Below, one piece after another: positions 16,970 to 24,279 of a stretch of DNA of 43,162 bases. The position numbers were made by a program, and so were the translations under genes. Under the pieces are notes generated by a model that searched no databases, was not told where the DNA came from, and saw nothing but the letters and a program-made list of their open reading frames with translations. Position 1 is the first letter of the stretch, and the number at the start of each line of letters is the position of its first letter. Source of the DNA: an uncultured Oscillospiraceae bacterium (GTDB lineage: Bacteria > Bacillota > Clostridia > Oscillospirales > Oscillospiraceae); NCBI GenBank assembly GCA_964605075.1, contig CAZSAX010000001.1, forward strand, positions 1 to 43,162, written 5' to 3'.

Positions 16970-19336
16970 ATGAGTGATGTGTTCAGTTATATTGACGAGG
17001 CAAATGTTTTTGCGTGGACAAAGCTTGATATGCTTCGCTTGAATCTGGAAGCGGAAGTTCCGGCCCTCATCGAGTTCGATGAGGGGGATTGCTCTGGGCT
17101 TGCCATGGAGAACCTCCGTCAAGCGGCGGAGAAATTTGGTGAGATCCATGGATTTTTGATAACACTTCTGGATAATATCGCCTCCTTTATGGCCTCGGCA
17201 GGAACCAACTTTTGCGCACTGGACCAAAGAAATGCAGAAGAACTGATGGCGGCCTATTGGGAGTCGGCTAGCTTTGATCCGGCCAAGGAGTTTTCCAATG
17301 CTACCAATCGAAGGTCTTCGTCCGGCGGGAATATGCCGAGTCTGGGCCGCAGAGGGTATTACAAAGCCTCGGCTGCAAAATCTACTTCGTATACCTGTGC
17401 GGTTTCGGGTTTGGTCAGAGACTATTCTATGAGACAGCAGGAGGAACTGTTGGAAATCATTGACTCCATAACGCCGCAGAATAATTGGCAAAAGTTTGGG
17501 GACTGGTTTGGGGATATCGGGCTTGCAATCAGCAGTCTTTTCGGGACTCTGAGTATTAAAAACCATGTGGACGATTTGGACAAGTACCACAAGCGAATCT
17601 TTGACCGGCGGGATTACACGCGCGATGCCATTATCCGAAAATTTGAAGAAGTACGTGCCACAGAACCCCGTTACGGTGCTTTTCTTGGAAGCTATGGGCA
17701 AAGCATTAGTATGTATTACAACTACACAAAGGCTTTGTCAGAGCGCATATCTGGAACCATGAATGCTGGCCAGATGATCAGTACACTAGCAGGCCTGGCC
17801 AGTCTTCAGTCTTTGCTGGAGCAGGCGGATGCCCTAGTGGCTGAGACAAACCTAAATGTTGCCGGTTGCAAAGAAATTGATGATATTGAACTGAAGGAAT
17901 TTTGTGAGAAGGTTTATTCGATAAAAGTTTTCTGGGGCTTTACCTACTATCAGGTCATGTTGGCAGAAATCAATATGGGTGATGTTTTCCTCATTGCACT
18001 TCTTGAAAGAGAGGAGGTGATTTTTGATACCATCAAAGGAGCATATTCTCTCGGTGGCTTGCTGAAAGAAATGATCATGCAAGATAAGTTTGATCGGAAC
18101 ATCATCAGCGAGATGGCACAAAAAACCGGAATGTCCGAGGATAAAATTCTCCATTGGCTTCGTACCGGTCGCCTAGCAGGCTATATTCCTCCCAGAGGTG
18201 AGCATTATCTGAATAACGACGTGCGCCAGGAGCTTTATACGGATGTGCAGATGCGAAACCTGTATCTGACACTTTGTGCGGAGCTTCTGAAAGACGAGAA
18301 AAACCTGCAGCTTATATCAGAGGAAACAGGCTACAATCTGGATATTGTAAAAGCCATGGTGAACGGAGATATTGATAGCTACAGCCTCACAAGATACAAG
18401 AAACTGATTGCAGACAGCCTTGAAAGTGTGCGTGGCAAGAACGAACTGAAAGAGGAACTTCGGCTGGATTTCCTGAATGAGTACGTATCTTATGTTAAAG
18501 AGGCGAAGACACTGGGCAGTGAGATCTCCTTTGAAGTGTGGTACGCAAAACTTAATAAGCGAAAGGGGCGCACGATCTCGGCCAGCGAATACAAGATGGC
18601 CCGGGAGTGCTACGATAACTGGAACGGCGTCTTTTCGTTTGTGTCGGATGGAACGAAGCTGTTTAAGTATTTAGATCAGGCAGAGGACGGAAAGAATCTC
18701 TTGATCGATCTTCTCACAGAGTATTCTTCCACGGTTGAGGCCTTGGATGCACTTGTGGCCAACAGCGAAAATGCAGATGCGACCTATCAACTCGCTTTGA
18801 CGAAGCTCCGCGAGGAATATAGTAGCCAGATGGTCATGATACTCAACAAAGCCAAAGATGCCCTTGTGGACAAGGTCGGTGGTGAGGCGTTGGATGCAGT
18901 TACGGACGCGATTCATAAGCATCTGGGACCAAAATTTGGAAATGGTCCGTCTTTGTATGCCGTGGTGACTACAGGCATTGATGTGGCAGCGGATGTTACT
19001 GGGGCATCGGAGTATGCTTCAGCCACCATGGACTTGATCGGACTTACGACGATTTGTTCGGCACAGTCCAACGCATACATGGATGCGGTTTTGGCTGTTA
19101 GACAAATGGAAGAGCCAACTGAAGAGGCCCTGAAAATGGTGCGGCTGACCTTTGAGGCGGCCAAACAGGCCCATATTGATGTCTACAAAGCCATGATAAA
19201 AAGAGCGGAAAACCATATTCTTGGCATCAATGAAGACCAGTCTGAGATCGCTTACTTGGAGGAACAACTGCGGCGATTGGAGAATCTGCAGCTAGGCGAG
19301 GAAAAAGATGCGTACGCATATGTATCTTTTGAATAA
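16970..19336 (+). CDS. Putative T7SS substrate/effector (788 aa): N-terminal helical targeting-like domain, W..FGDWFGD module, long all-helical C-terminal region of unknown function
   Basis: The N-terminus MSDVFSYIDEANVF parallels MADVFQYIAEANES of the 20342 protein. Residues about 170-240 match the N-terminus of the 21893 protein. No TM helix, signal peptide or recognised toxin domain. Confidence 0.6.
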   Translation: MSDVFSYIDEANVFAWTKLDMLRLNLEAEVPALIEFDEGDCSGLAMENLRQAAEKFGEIHGFLITLLDNIASFMASAGTNFCALDQRNAEELMAAYWESASFDPAKEFSNATNRRSSSGGNMPSLGRRGYYKASAAKSTSYTCAVSGLVRDYSMRQQEELLEIIDSITPQNNWQKFGDWFGDIGLAISSLFGTLSIKNHVDDLDKYHKRIFDRRDYTRDAIIRKFEEVRATEPRYGAFLGSYGQSISMYYNYTKALSERISGTMNAGQMISTLAGLASLQSLLEQADALVAETNLNVAGCKEIDDIELKEFCEKVYSIKVFWGFTYYQVMLAEINMGDVFLIALLEREEVIFDTIKGAYSLGGLLKEMIMQDKFDRNIISEMAQKTGMSEDKILHWLRTGRLAGYIPPRGEHYLNNDVRQELYTDVQMRNLYLTLCAELLKDEKNLQLISEETGYNLDIVKAMVNGDIDSYSLTRYKKLIADSLESVRGKNELKEELRLDFLNEYVSYVKEAKTLGSEISFEVWYAKLNKRKGRTISASEYKMARECYDNWNGVFSFVSDGTKLFKYLDQAEDGKNLLIDLLTEYSSTVEALDALVANSENADATYQLALTKLREEYSSQMVMILNKAKDALVDKVGGEALDAVTDAIHKHLGPKFGNGPSLYAVVTTGIDVAADVTGASEYASATMDLIGLTTICSAQSNAYMDAVLAVRQMEEPTEEALKMVRLTFEAAKQAHIDVYKAMIKRAENHILGINEDQSEIAYLEEQLRRLENLQLGEEKDAYAYVSFE

Positions 19337-19471
19337 TAACTATCTGAAGGCTGAAAGAGGGTGGGAAAATCCATACAGGCTTTTGCGTGGAGATGACGGG
19401 TGCATATGTGTTGGCACAGACATTGCATAGACAAATAATATAGACAAACACGTTTTAGGGAGGTCGAAAGA

Positions 19472-20041
19472 ATGGAAATAGGAGAGATTGAGATAGAACC
19501 TGGCGTCTTCGTATACACGGACCACAAAAGACAAACACCTGAAGAAATGACAGAGGCTGTGCTTCGGGCTCTTGCACGGGAAGCCATGGAATTCTACCGC
19601 GCCAGAAAGAACGCGGTTCTTGAAGAAATCAATGAGCTTTATCCTATAATTGAGAAGATGGAGCAGATGAAAAACGATCTTGACGAAGAAAGTGAAAATC
19701 GGCGGGGGAAATGGTATCGGCTGCCGTTTGTAGCGGTGGCAGATGTGTTCAAAAGAACGGGATCGCTTATGAACCGCTTCAGCTCGGAGATACAGCAAAA
19801 AATTATGGGACAACCTTACCATGATATGATGGATGGCATTGGCATGGCCATAACCATTCTCCGACAAAAGCTGGAGACTTTATGGAATGATTACGACGTC
19901 TACCATGGAAAGTTTGTGGAAGCGACGCAGAGAGCTGCTGGAGTTCTTGCACTGAGTAGGCTTGAAATGGCAGACAGCACGGTAATAAGGAAACTTTATG
20001 AAACCGGATCAATATTGAATTTCCATGCTTGGGGTGATTAA
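19472..20041 (+). CDS. Helical hypothetical protein (189 aa), first gene of cargo module 2 (chaperone or immunity candidate)
   Basis: RBS GGGAGG. Charged helical sequence (EEINELYPIIEKMEQMKNDLDEESENRR). No TM helix or signal peptide. Confidence 0.55.
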   Translation: MEIGEIEIEPGVFVYTDHKRQTPEEMTEAVLRALAREAMEFYRARKNAVLEEINELYPIIEKMEQMKNDLDEESENRRGKWYRLPFVAVADVFKRTGSLMNRFSSEIQQKIMGQPYHDMMDGIGMAITILRQKLETLWNDYDVYHGKFVEATQRAAGVLALSRLEMADSTVIRKLYETGSILNFHAWGD

Positions 20042-20042
20042 C

Positions 20043-20324
20043 ATGAGTGAACCAATCGTTGTTGATGAGTATCTCGAGTCAGTGGCAGAGTTTTTTCAGC
20101 AGCAGGGAAGCCGTTATGAAAATGCTGTGACGGCCTACGTCAATACTTTGCAAACAATCAGTGCTGAAGGTATTATTTCCGGCGATACGGCAGAGGCCTT
20201 AAAAGAATTCATCGCGCAGGCAGAGAAACTTGTGGAGGGAATCGGGAATATATCCCGACGCGCTCGGGTTGAGGCGATTACTTTCCTGGATGATGTGGAT
20301 GAAGCCGATGAATATCTGTACTAA
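20043..20324 (+). CDS. Small WXG100-like helical-hairpin protein with a degenerate motif (ISG), paralogue of 16670-16960
   Basis: ATG 20043 was chosen by alignment with the paralogue (MSEPIVVDEYLESVAEF versus MSGSSQEIIISDDYVESATAV). Central IISGDTAEALKEF. Tail FLDDVDEADEYLY. Confidence 0.65.
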   Translation: MSEPIVVDEYLESVAEFFQQQGSRYENAVTAYVNTLQTISAEGIISGDTAEALKEFIAQAEKLVEGIGNISRRARVEAITFLDDVDEADEYLY

Positions 20325-20341
20325 ACAAAGAAGGTGAGTAG

Positions 20342-21538
20342 ATGGCAGATGTTTTCCAATACATAGCAGAGGCAAACGAAAGCGGGATCATAAAGCTGCA
20401 GGCGGCGAAAATGGCTTGGGAGCAATCGCCACCGGTTCCTCCGCAGGTTGGGAAGGCGCAGGGAACTACGATCTCTTCAATCCGGGCATTGGTCGAGGTT
20501 TACTGCGAAATTCAGGAGGTGGTCAACGATCTGTTTGAGAAAACAATTCTTTTTCTCCAGAAAATCGATGCCAACTTTTCCTCGGATGATCTAAAACAGG
20601 CACAGACTCTGTTATCGGAGGCGTTGTCTCAAAGCAAGTCCGCTTCCATGGAGACAAGGGGCAATGAGCGTCAGCGTGATTTGGATAAAAAGTCGTGGAC
20701 CGATGTTTTAATCGGCGTTCTGGGAAAAGCTGGCCATATTGGGACGGTGTCTTCTTTCCTGCTGAAGAATTTGCCGAAATGGTTTGCGAACGGACAGTTC
20801 TCCTTGCCGACCGGCGCGCAAAGTGTGACATCCTTGCTCAAGGATGGAAATACTCTTATCAAAGGGTTGATGGCCTGGTCGAAAAGCAATAAAAATCTGG
20901 ACAAGCTAAGCCGAATGCTTCCCCGGCAAGCGAAGGAACTGCGCATAAAAAGGCTGTTTGGCTTAACCGATCTTTTTGCTGGCAAAGCCTCGCAGGCCAA
21001 AACCTCTTGGGGGATGCGTTTTTATAACAACTTCCACAAGCTGGACGGCCCCCTGGAAAGCTACACTAAAGGCGGAGCCAAGTCTGCCTGTGCTTGGATC
21101 GGTCTGGGCTTGACGGCGGTGAGCAACTATCTCGACAATAAAGAGGAAGCTGAATCCGGTGAGATCAGTGAGGGGCGTGCTTGGGCAGAGACTGTTACGG
21201 AAACGGTTGTGGACGTCGGAAGTGGTTGGCTGATCAGTACTGCTGTTGCTGCTGGTGTGGCGGCATCAATTGGCTCAGCGCCGGTTTTGTTAGTGGGTGC
21301 GGCAACGGTGGGCGTTACGATGGGCTTGGACTGGGCCTGCAAAAAGATTACTAAAAAGCTTACCGGCGAGGAAAAAGAGCTTACCGAAACCATTTCCGAT
21401 GCGATTTTGGATGTTGGGGAAGCTGTGGTTGTAGGCGGAAAGAAAGTGGTATCCGAAGTTGCGACCGAAGTGAGCAAGGGCTGGAACAATCTTTGTGATT
21501 CGGTGAGTAGAGGGTTCAAGCCTCTTTTTAGCTTCTGA
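20342..21538 (+). CDS. Putative T7SS effector (398 aa) with a glycine-zipper membrane-active C-terminal region (TspA-like architecture)
   Basis: The N-terminus is paralogous to the 16970 protein. The C-terminus contains GSGWLISTAVAAGVAASIGSAPVLLVGAATVGVTMGLDWA and ACAWIGLGLTAV, which are small-xxx-small repeats. Confidence 0.6.
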   Translation: MADVFQYIAEANESGIIKLQAAKMAWEQSPPVPPQVGKAQGTTISSIRALVEVYCEIQEVVNDLFEKTILFLQKIDANFSSDDLKQAQTLLSEALSQSKSASMETRGNERQRDLDKKSWTDVLIGVLGKAGHIGTVSSFLLKNLPKWFANGQFSLPTGAQSVTSLLKDGNTLIKGLMAWSKSNKNLDKLSRMLPRQAKELRIKRLFGLTDLFAGKASQAKTSWGMRFYNNFHKLDGPLESYTKGGAKSACAWIGLGLTAVSNYLDNKEEAESGEISEGRAWAETVTETVVDVGSGWLISTAVAAGVAASIGSAPVLLVGAATVGVTMGLDWACKKITKKLTGEEKELTETISDAILDVGEAVVVGGKKVVSEVATEVSKGWNNLCDSVSRGFKPLFSF

Positions 21539-21579
21539 TAATGTGTGTATAAGATTTTATTAAATAAGGGAGAAAGAAA

Positions 21580-21873
21580 ATGACGGAAAAGATTAAAGAT
21601 TTGTTACCCATTGGATCAGTTGTTGTTTTGGAAAAAGGGGAAAAGCGGATGATGATTTTTGGAATCATTCAATCCCTTCAGAATGAAAATGAGGCGGCCC
21701 AAGAATTCGATTACATTGGCGTGCCCTACCCAGAAGGGAACATGGGTCAGGATTATCAGTATCTCTTTAATCACAAGGACATTCGGAAGGTGTTTTTCCG
21801 GGGCTTTGAAGACGTGGAAAGACAGGAATTCGTATATAATCTGACCGAGTTCTATAAAAGTCAGGAAAACTGA
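21580..21873 (+). CDS. DUF4176-like small protein (a common T7SSb-locus accessory)
   Basis: 97 aa. LLPIGSVVVLEKGEKRMMIFGI......FDYIGVPYPEGNMG...YLFNHKDIRKVFFRGF matches my recollection of the DUF4176 pattern. Confidence 0.7.
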   Translation: MTEKIKDLLPIGSVVVLEKGEKRMMIFGIIQSLQNENEAAQEFDYIGVPYPEGNMGQDYQYLFNHKDIRKVFFRGFEDVERQEFVYNLTEFYKSQEN

Positions 21874-21892
21874 ACCTAAAGGTGTCGGAGTT

Positions 21893-22885
21893 ATGACCAG
21901 AACGTTTACAGAAGAAGCAAAGAGAAAGCTTATAAAGCAAATCAACGATGTTACCGAGACAACTACTTGGGGTAGAGTTGGCGATTTCTTTGGGGATATG
22001 TGGCTGACGGTTCAAAAATGGACTGGATCTTTGAATATTCGAAATTATCTGGACGATGTAGATGCGTATCACCAAAAAGTACTGGACCAGCGGGACGCGA
22101 AGGTTTCCCAGATCGAACGCATTTTTAGCAATGTTCATGCTATTGATGCGTCTAGCAGAAGTATCTTTGAGGGGCTGGGGAGGGATGTTGCCCAGGAACT
22201 TGAGGCGGTCAAGCGAACGACTGCGCTCCTTGGAATTCCGAAATCTAATTTTACGCCTGCGAACCTTTCTGACTGCATAAGCGGCAAAAAGAAGCCATCG
22301 CAATTGCAGGTGGAGACAAACACAAATTACAGTATTCCCAAACAGCAGTATTTAGAAATCGCTCCCAGAAAAACCAATGCATCTGACTACAGGAGTGCGG
22401 ATGCCTATAACGAGGTTCTGGAAGATTTGGATGTGGAGAATCATGCGCGTTATAGACGCACGGATAATGCGACCTGGTGTAATATTTATGTGTGGGATGC
22501 GACAAAAGCCATGGGTTGCGAGATTCCGCACTATTACAATAAGCATACTGGCGAGCCTATGACGAGGGCGGAGGCGATCAAAGCAGGAACCGGAACCTAC
22601 AATGAAATGAGCGCCAACCGCATGACAAGTTGGTTGGGCAAGTATGGTGCGGATTATGGTTGGGTTGAGTGTGACGCGGCTACGGCTGTTGCTATGGCAA
22701 ACCAAGGATATCCTACGGTTGCGGCAGCAACGACAACTGGCCATGTCGCCATGGTGGCCCCGCAGAAGTCCGGGGATAAGGGCGTTATGATTTCACAAGC
22801 CGGGGCATCGAATTTTGAGCATGGCTCGCTGGAGTCGGGTTTTGGAAGTCACTCGAGCGGAGTTAAATACTACTACCATGTGTAA
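21893..22885 (+). CDS. Putative secreted papain-like (CHAP/NlpC-P60 superfamily) amidase with an N-terminal W..GDFFGD module and no signal peptide
   Basis: The C-terminal half has a candidate nucleophile in ATWCNIYVWDATKAMG and a candidate His in TTGHVAMVAPQ. The N-terminus TTWGRVGDFFGDMWL..NIRNYLDDVDAYHQKVLDQRD matches part of the 788-aa protein. Confidence 0.5.
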   Translation: MTRTFTEEAKRKLIKQINDVTETTTWGRVGDFFGDMWLTVQKWTGSLNIRNYLDDVDAYHQKVLDQRDAKVSQIERIFSNVHAIDASSRSIFEGLGRDVAQELEAVKRTTALLGIPKSNFTPANLSDCISGKKKPSQLQVETNTNYSIPKQQYLEIAPRKTNASDYRSADAYNEVLEDLDVENHARYRRTDNATWCNIYVWDATKAMGCEIPHYYNKHTGEPMTRAEAIKAGTGTYNEMSANRMTSWLGKYGADYGWVECDAATAVAMANQGYPTVAAATTTGHVAMVAPQKSGDKGVMISQAGASNFEHGSLESGFGSHSSGVKYYYHV

Positions 22886-22911
22886 GGCTGCACATGAGCA
22901 GACAAAAAATG

Positions 22912-22940
22912 AAAGGAACGGGAAACGTCCCGTTCCTTTT
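22912..22940 (+). terminator. Rho-independent terminator closing the T7SS/effector operon
   Basis: aaaggaacggga / tcccgttccttt form a 12-bp stem with loop aacg, followed by T. Confidence 0.75.
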
Positions 22941-22981
22941 GCATCTGTCAAGGGAAAGTAGACAGCGAAAACAGAATAATA

Positions 22982-23345
22982 TTAAGAGAACCCCAGTTCG
23001 GTCCTGTGCTGAACTGGGCTTTTGTAGACAAGCGCAGCTGCCGGACGGCTTTTGTTGAAAAACTAGACATAGGAATTCAGAAGAGATGGAACGTACGTTG
23101 AAGAGGCCAAACCAAAGTCAAAAAACAGTTCGGACTTCATCTATCCGTTAAGAGACTCAATGAATGGGTTATCGGTTGGAGTTCCTACTCGCGACATGGA
23201 ACGAAGTATGTTATAATCCTTATGGGTCTGGCAAAAAGCCCTTGAAGAGTAGATTGCTCCCAGGTCGGTGTGGAAGATTACCTGGAACATCTGCTCTTTT
23301 TTTGTCTATGAGGGTTTTGAGTACTTCGAGGCAATGGCCGATGAC
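22982..23345 (-). pseudogene. IS3-family transposase (DDE/rve) C-terminal remnant with in-frame stops
   Basis: The reverse-strand translation is ..AIASKYSKPS*TKKEQMFQVIFHTDLGAIYSSRAFCQTHKDYNILRSMSRVGTPTDNPFIESLNG*MKSELFFDFGL..NSYV*FFNKSRPAAALVYKSPVQHRTELGFS*. The HTDLG..Y.S, SMSR.G...DN..IES and Y.SP motifs fit an IS3 OrfB. There are at least 3 internal stops and the N-terminal part is missing. Confidence 0.7.
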
Positions 23346-23354
23346 CCTCACTAT

Positions 23355-23609
23355 TTAATGTTGCTTCTGCTGATAATAATACGGCGTCGCGATACTCGCA
23401 AATCCACTCTTCCCAGTAATGACCACACCATTGAGACTGCCGCTGGCGCAGTGGACGATCTGGATGTTTCCGTAGTCGTCCCAGCCGCCCGCGATGCCGA
23501 TATGACTGTCACCAGGATAGAACACAAGGTCTCCCGGCTCGGCCTCACTCCAGGAGATGGCGCAACAGTTGTTGTGTTGGTAGTATGGATTCTTTGCAGA
23601 AAAGAGAAC
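23355..23609 (-). pseudogene. NlpC/P60-family hydrolase C-terminal fragment (no start, catalytic Cys region missing)
   Basis: The reverse-strand translation is VLFSAKNPYYQHNNCCAISWSEAEPGDLVFYPGDSHIGIAGGWDDYGNIQIVHCASGSLNGVVITGKSGFASIATPYYYQQKQH*. The GDLVFY...HIGI...IVHCAS pattern is the C-terminal half of C40 peptidases common in conjugative elements. An upstream TGA lies at 23610-23612. Confidence 0.65.
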
Positions 23610-23786
23610 TCATCCGCAGAGTGGACGGAAAGAGATACGGCAAATGGGAAGTGTTGATTTAAGGATCGGCAAATTAAACCCGATTACCGTTCATGGCGGA
23701 TGAGTCAGAACGGTTGATCGGTCTGGTTCCGGAACGGCGGAGGTAATTCCTCAAAGTCAGATTTATTTACAAGCTAAACAATAATT

Positions 23787-23826
23787 GAAAGCCACCATTG
23801 CTACTGTCGCAGCAATGGTGGCTTTC
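23787..23826. terminator. Perfect 16-bp hairpin (orientation ambiguous)
   Basis: gaaagccaccattgct / agcaatggtggctttc with an 8-nt loop. The flanks are AT-rich on both sides. Confidence 0.5.
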
Positions 23827-23907
23827 ATATTTGCTTGTGTTGAAGCAAACTATCTACGTACTGAAGAAATAATTACTATTAACATTTATTTTATATTATT
23901 ATCTATA

Positions 23908-23936
23908 TTGATAAAAGTAATTACTTTTGGTATGGT
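23908..23936 (+). promoter_or_regulatory. Candidate sigma-A promoter for the antitoxin-like gene and RM operon
   Basis: TTGATA, 17 nt, then TATGGT, in an AT-rich stretch about 35 nt upstream of GTG 23973. Confidence 0.35.
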
Positions 23937-23972
23937 TTATGAGAGGATTCATGTGACTAAGGAGGTGGTTAT

Positions 23973-24173
23973 GTGGCGAAAACACAGCGATTGGCAATAC
24001 CCGAATATCACGCTATAACGGAATTCTTGCGTGGGCAAGCATCTCGAATCTTTGCAGATATCAAAGAAAAAGACAAGGTCGTTATTGTTAATAAGCAAAA
24101 CAAGCCACAAGCCGTCATCATTTCATACGATAGATATATACGGCTTAAGGAAAAAGAAAACTTAGACATTTAA
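23973..24173 (+). CDS. Phd/YefM-family antitoxin-like protein (solitary, no adjacent toxin ORF)
   Basis: GTG start 7 nt after GGAGG. 66 aa. FLRGQASRIFADIKEKDKVVIVNKQNKPQAVIISYDRYIRL fits the Phd/YefM N-terminal fold pattern. Confidence 0.6.
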   Translation: MAKTQRLAIPEYHAITEFLRGQASRIFADIKEKDKVVIVNKQNKPQAVIISYDRYIRLKEKENLDI

Positions 24174-24279
24174 CCTGATCATTCCTCTGTTCGTGGCAGA
24201 CCAAGCAGATCGGTTGATTGGGTTAGCATCAAAGCAGAGAGCAACTGAATGATACGTTGAAGATATGGAGGAAACCACT

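Noticed and set aside
22991-23019. Hairpin cccagttc...gaactggg followed by cttttg, which looks like a second terminator.
   Set aside because: It lies within the reverse-strand IS3 transposase remnant coding sequence (..YKSPVQHRTELGFS). It is therefore more likely incidental, or part of the IS end, than a functional terminator for the T7SS operon, which already has one at 22912-22940.
23164-24018. Forward ORFs 23164-23358, 23268-23657 and 23785-24018.
   Set aside because: The first two lie opposite the IS3 and NlpC/P60 remnants, whose reverse-strand translations carry recognisable motifs. The third covers a perfect hairpin and an AT-rich promoter-like region, and it overlaps the better-supported GTG-start Phd/YefM-like gene in another frame.
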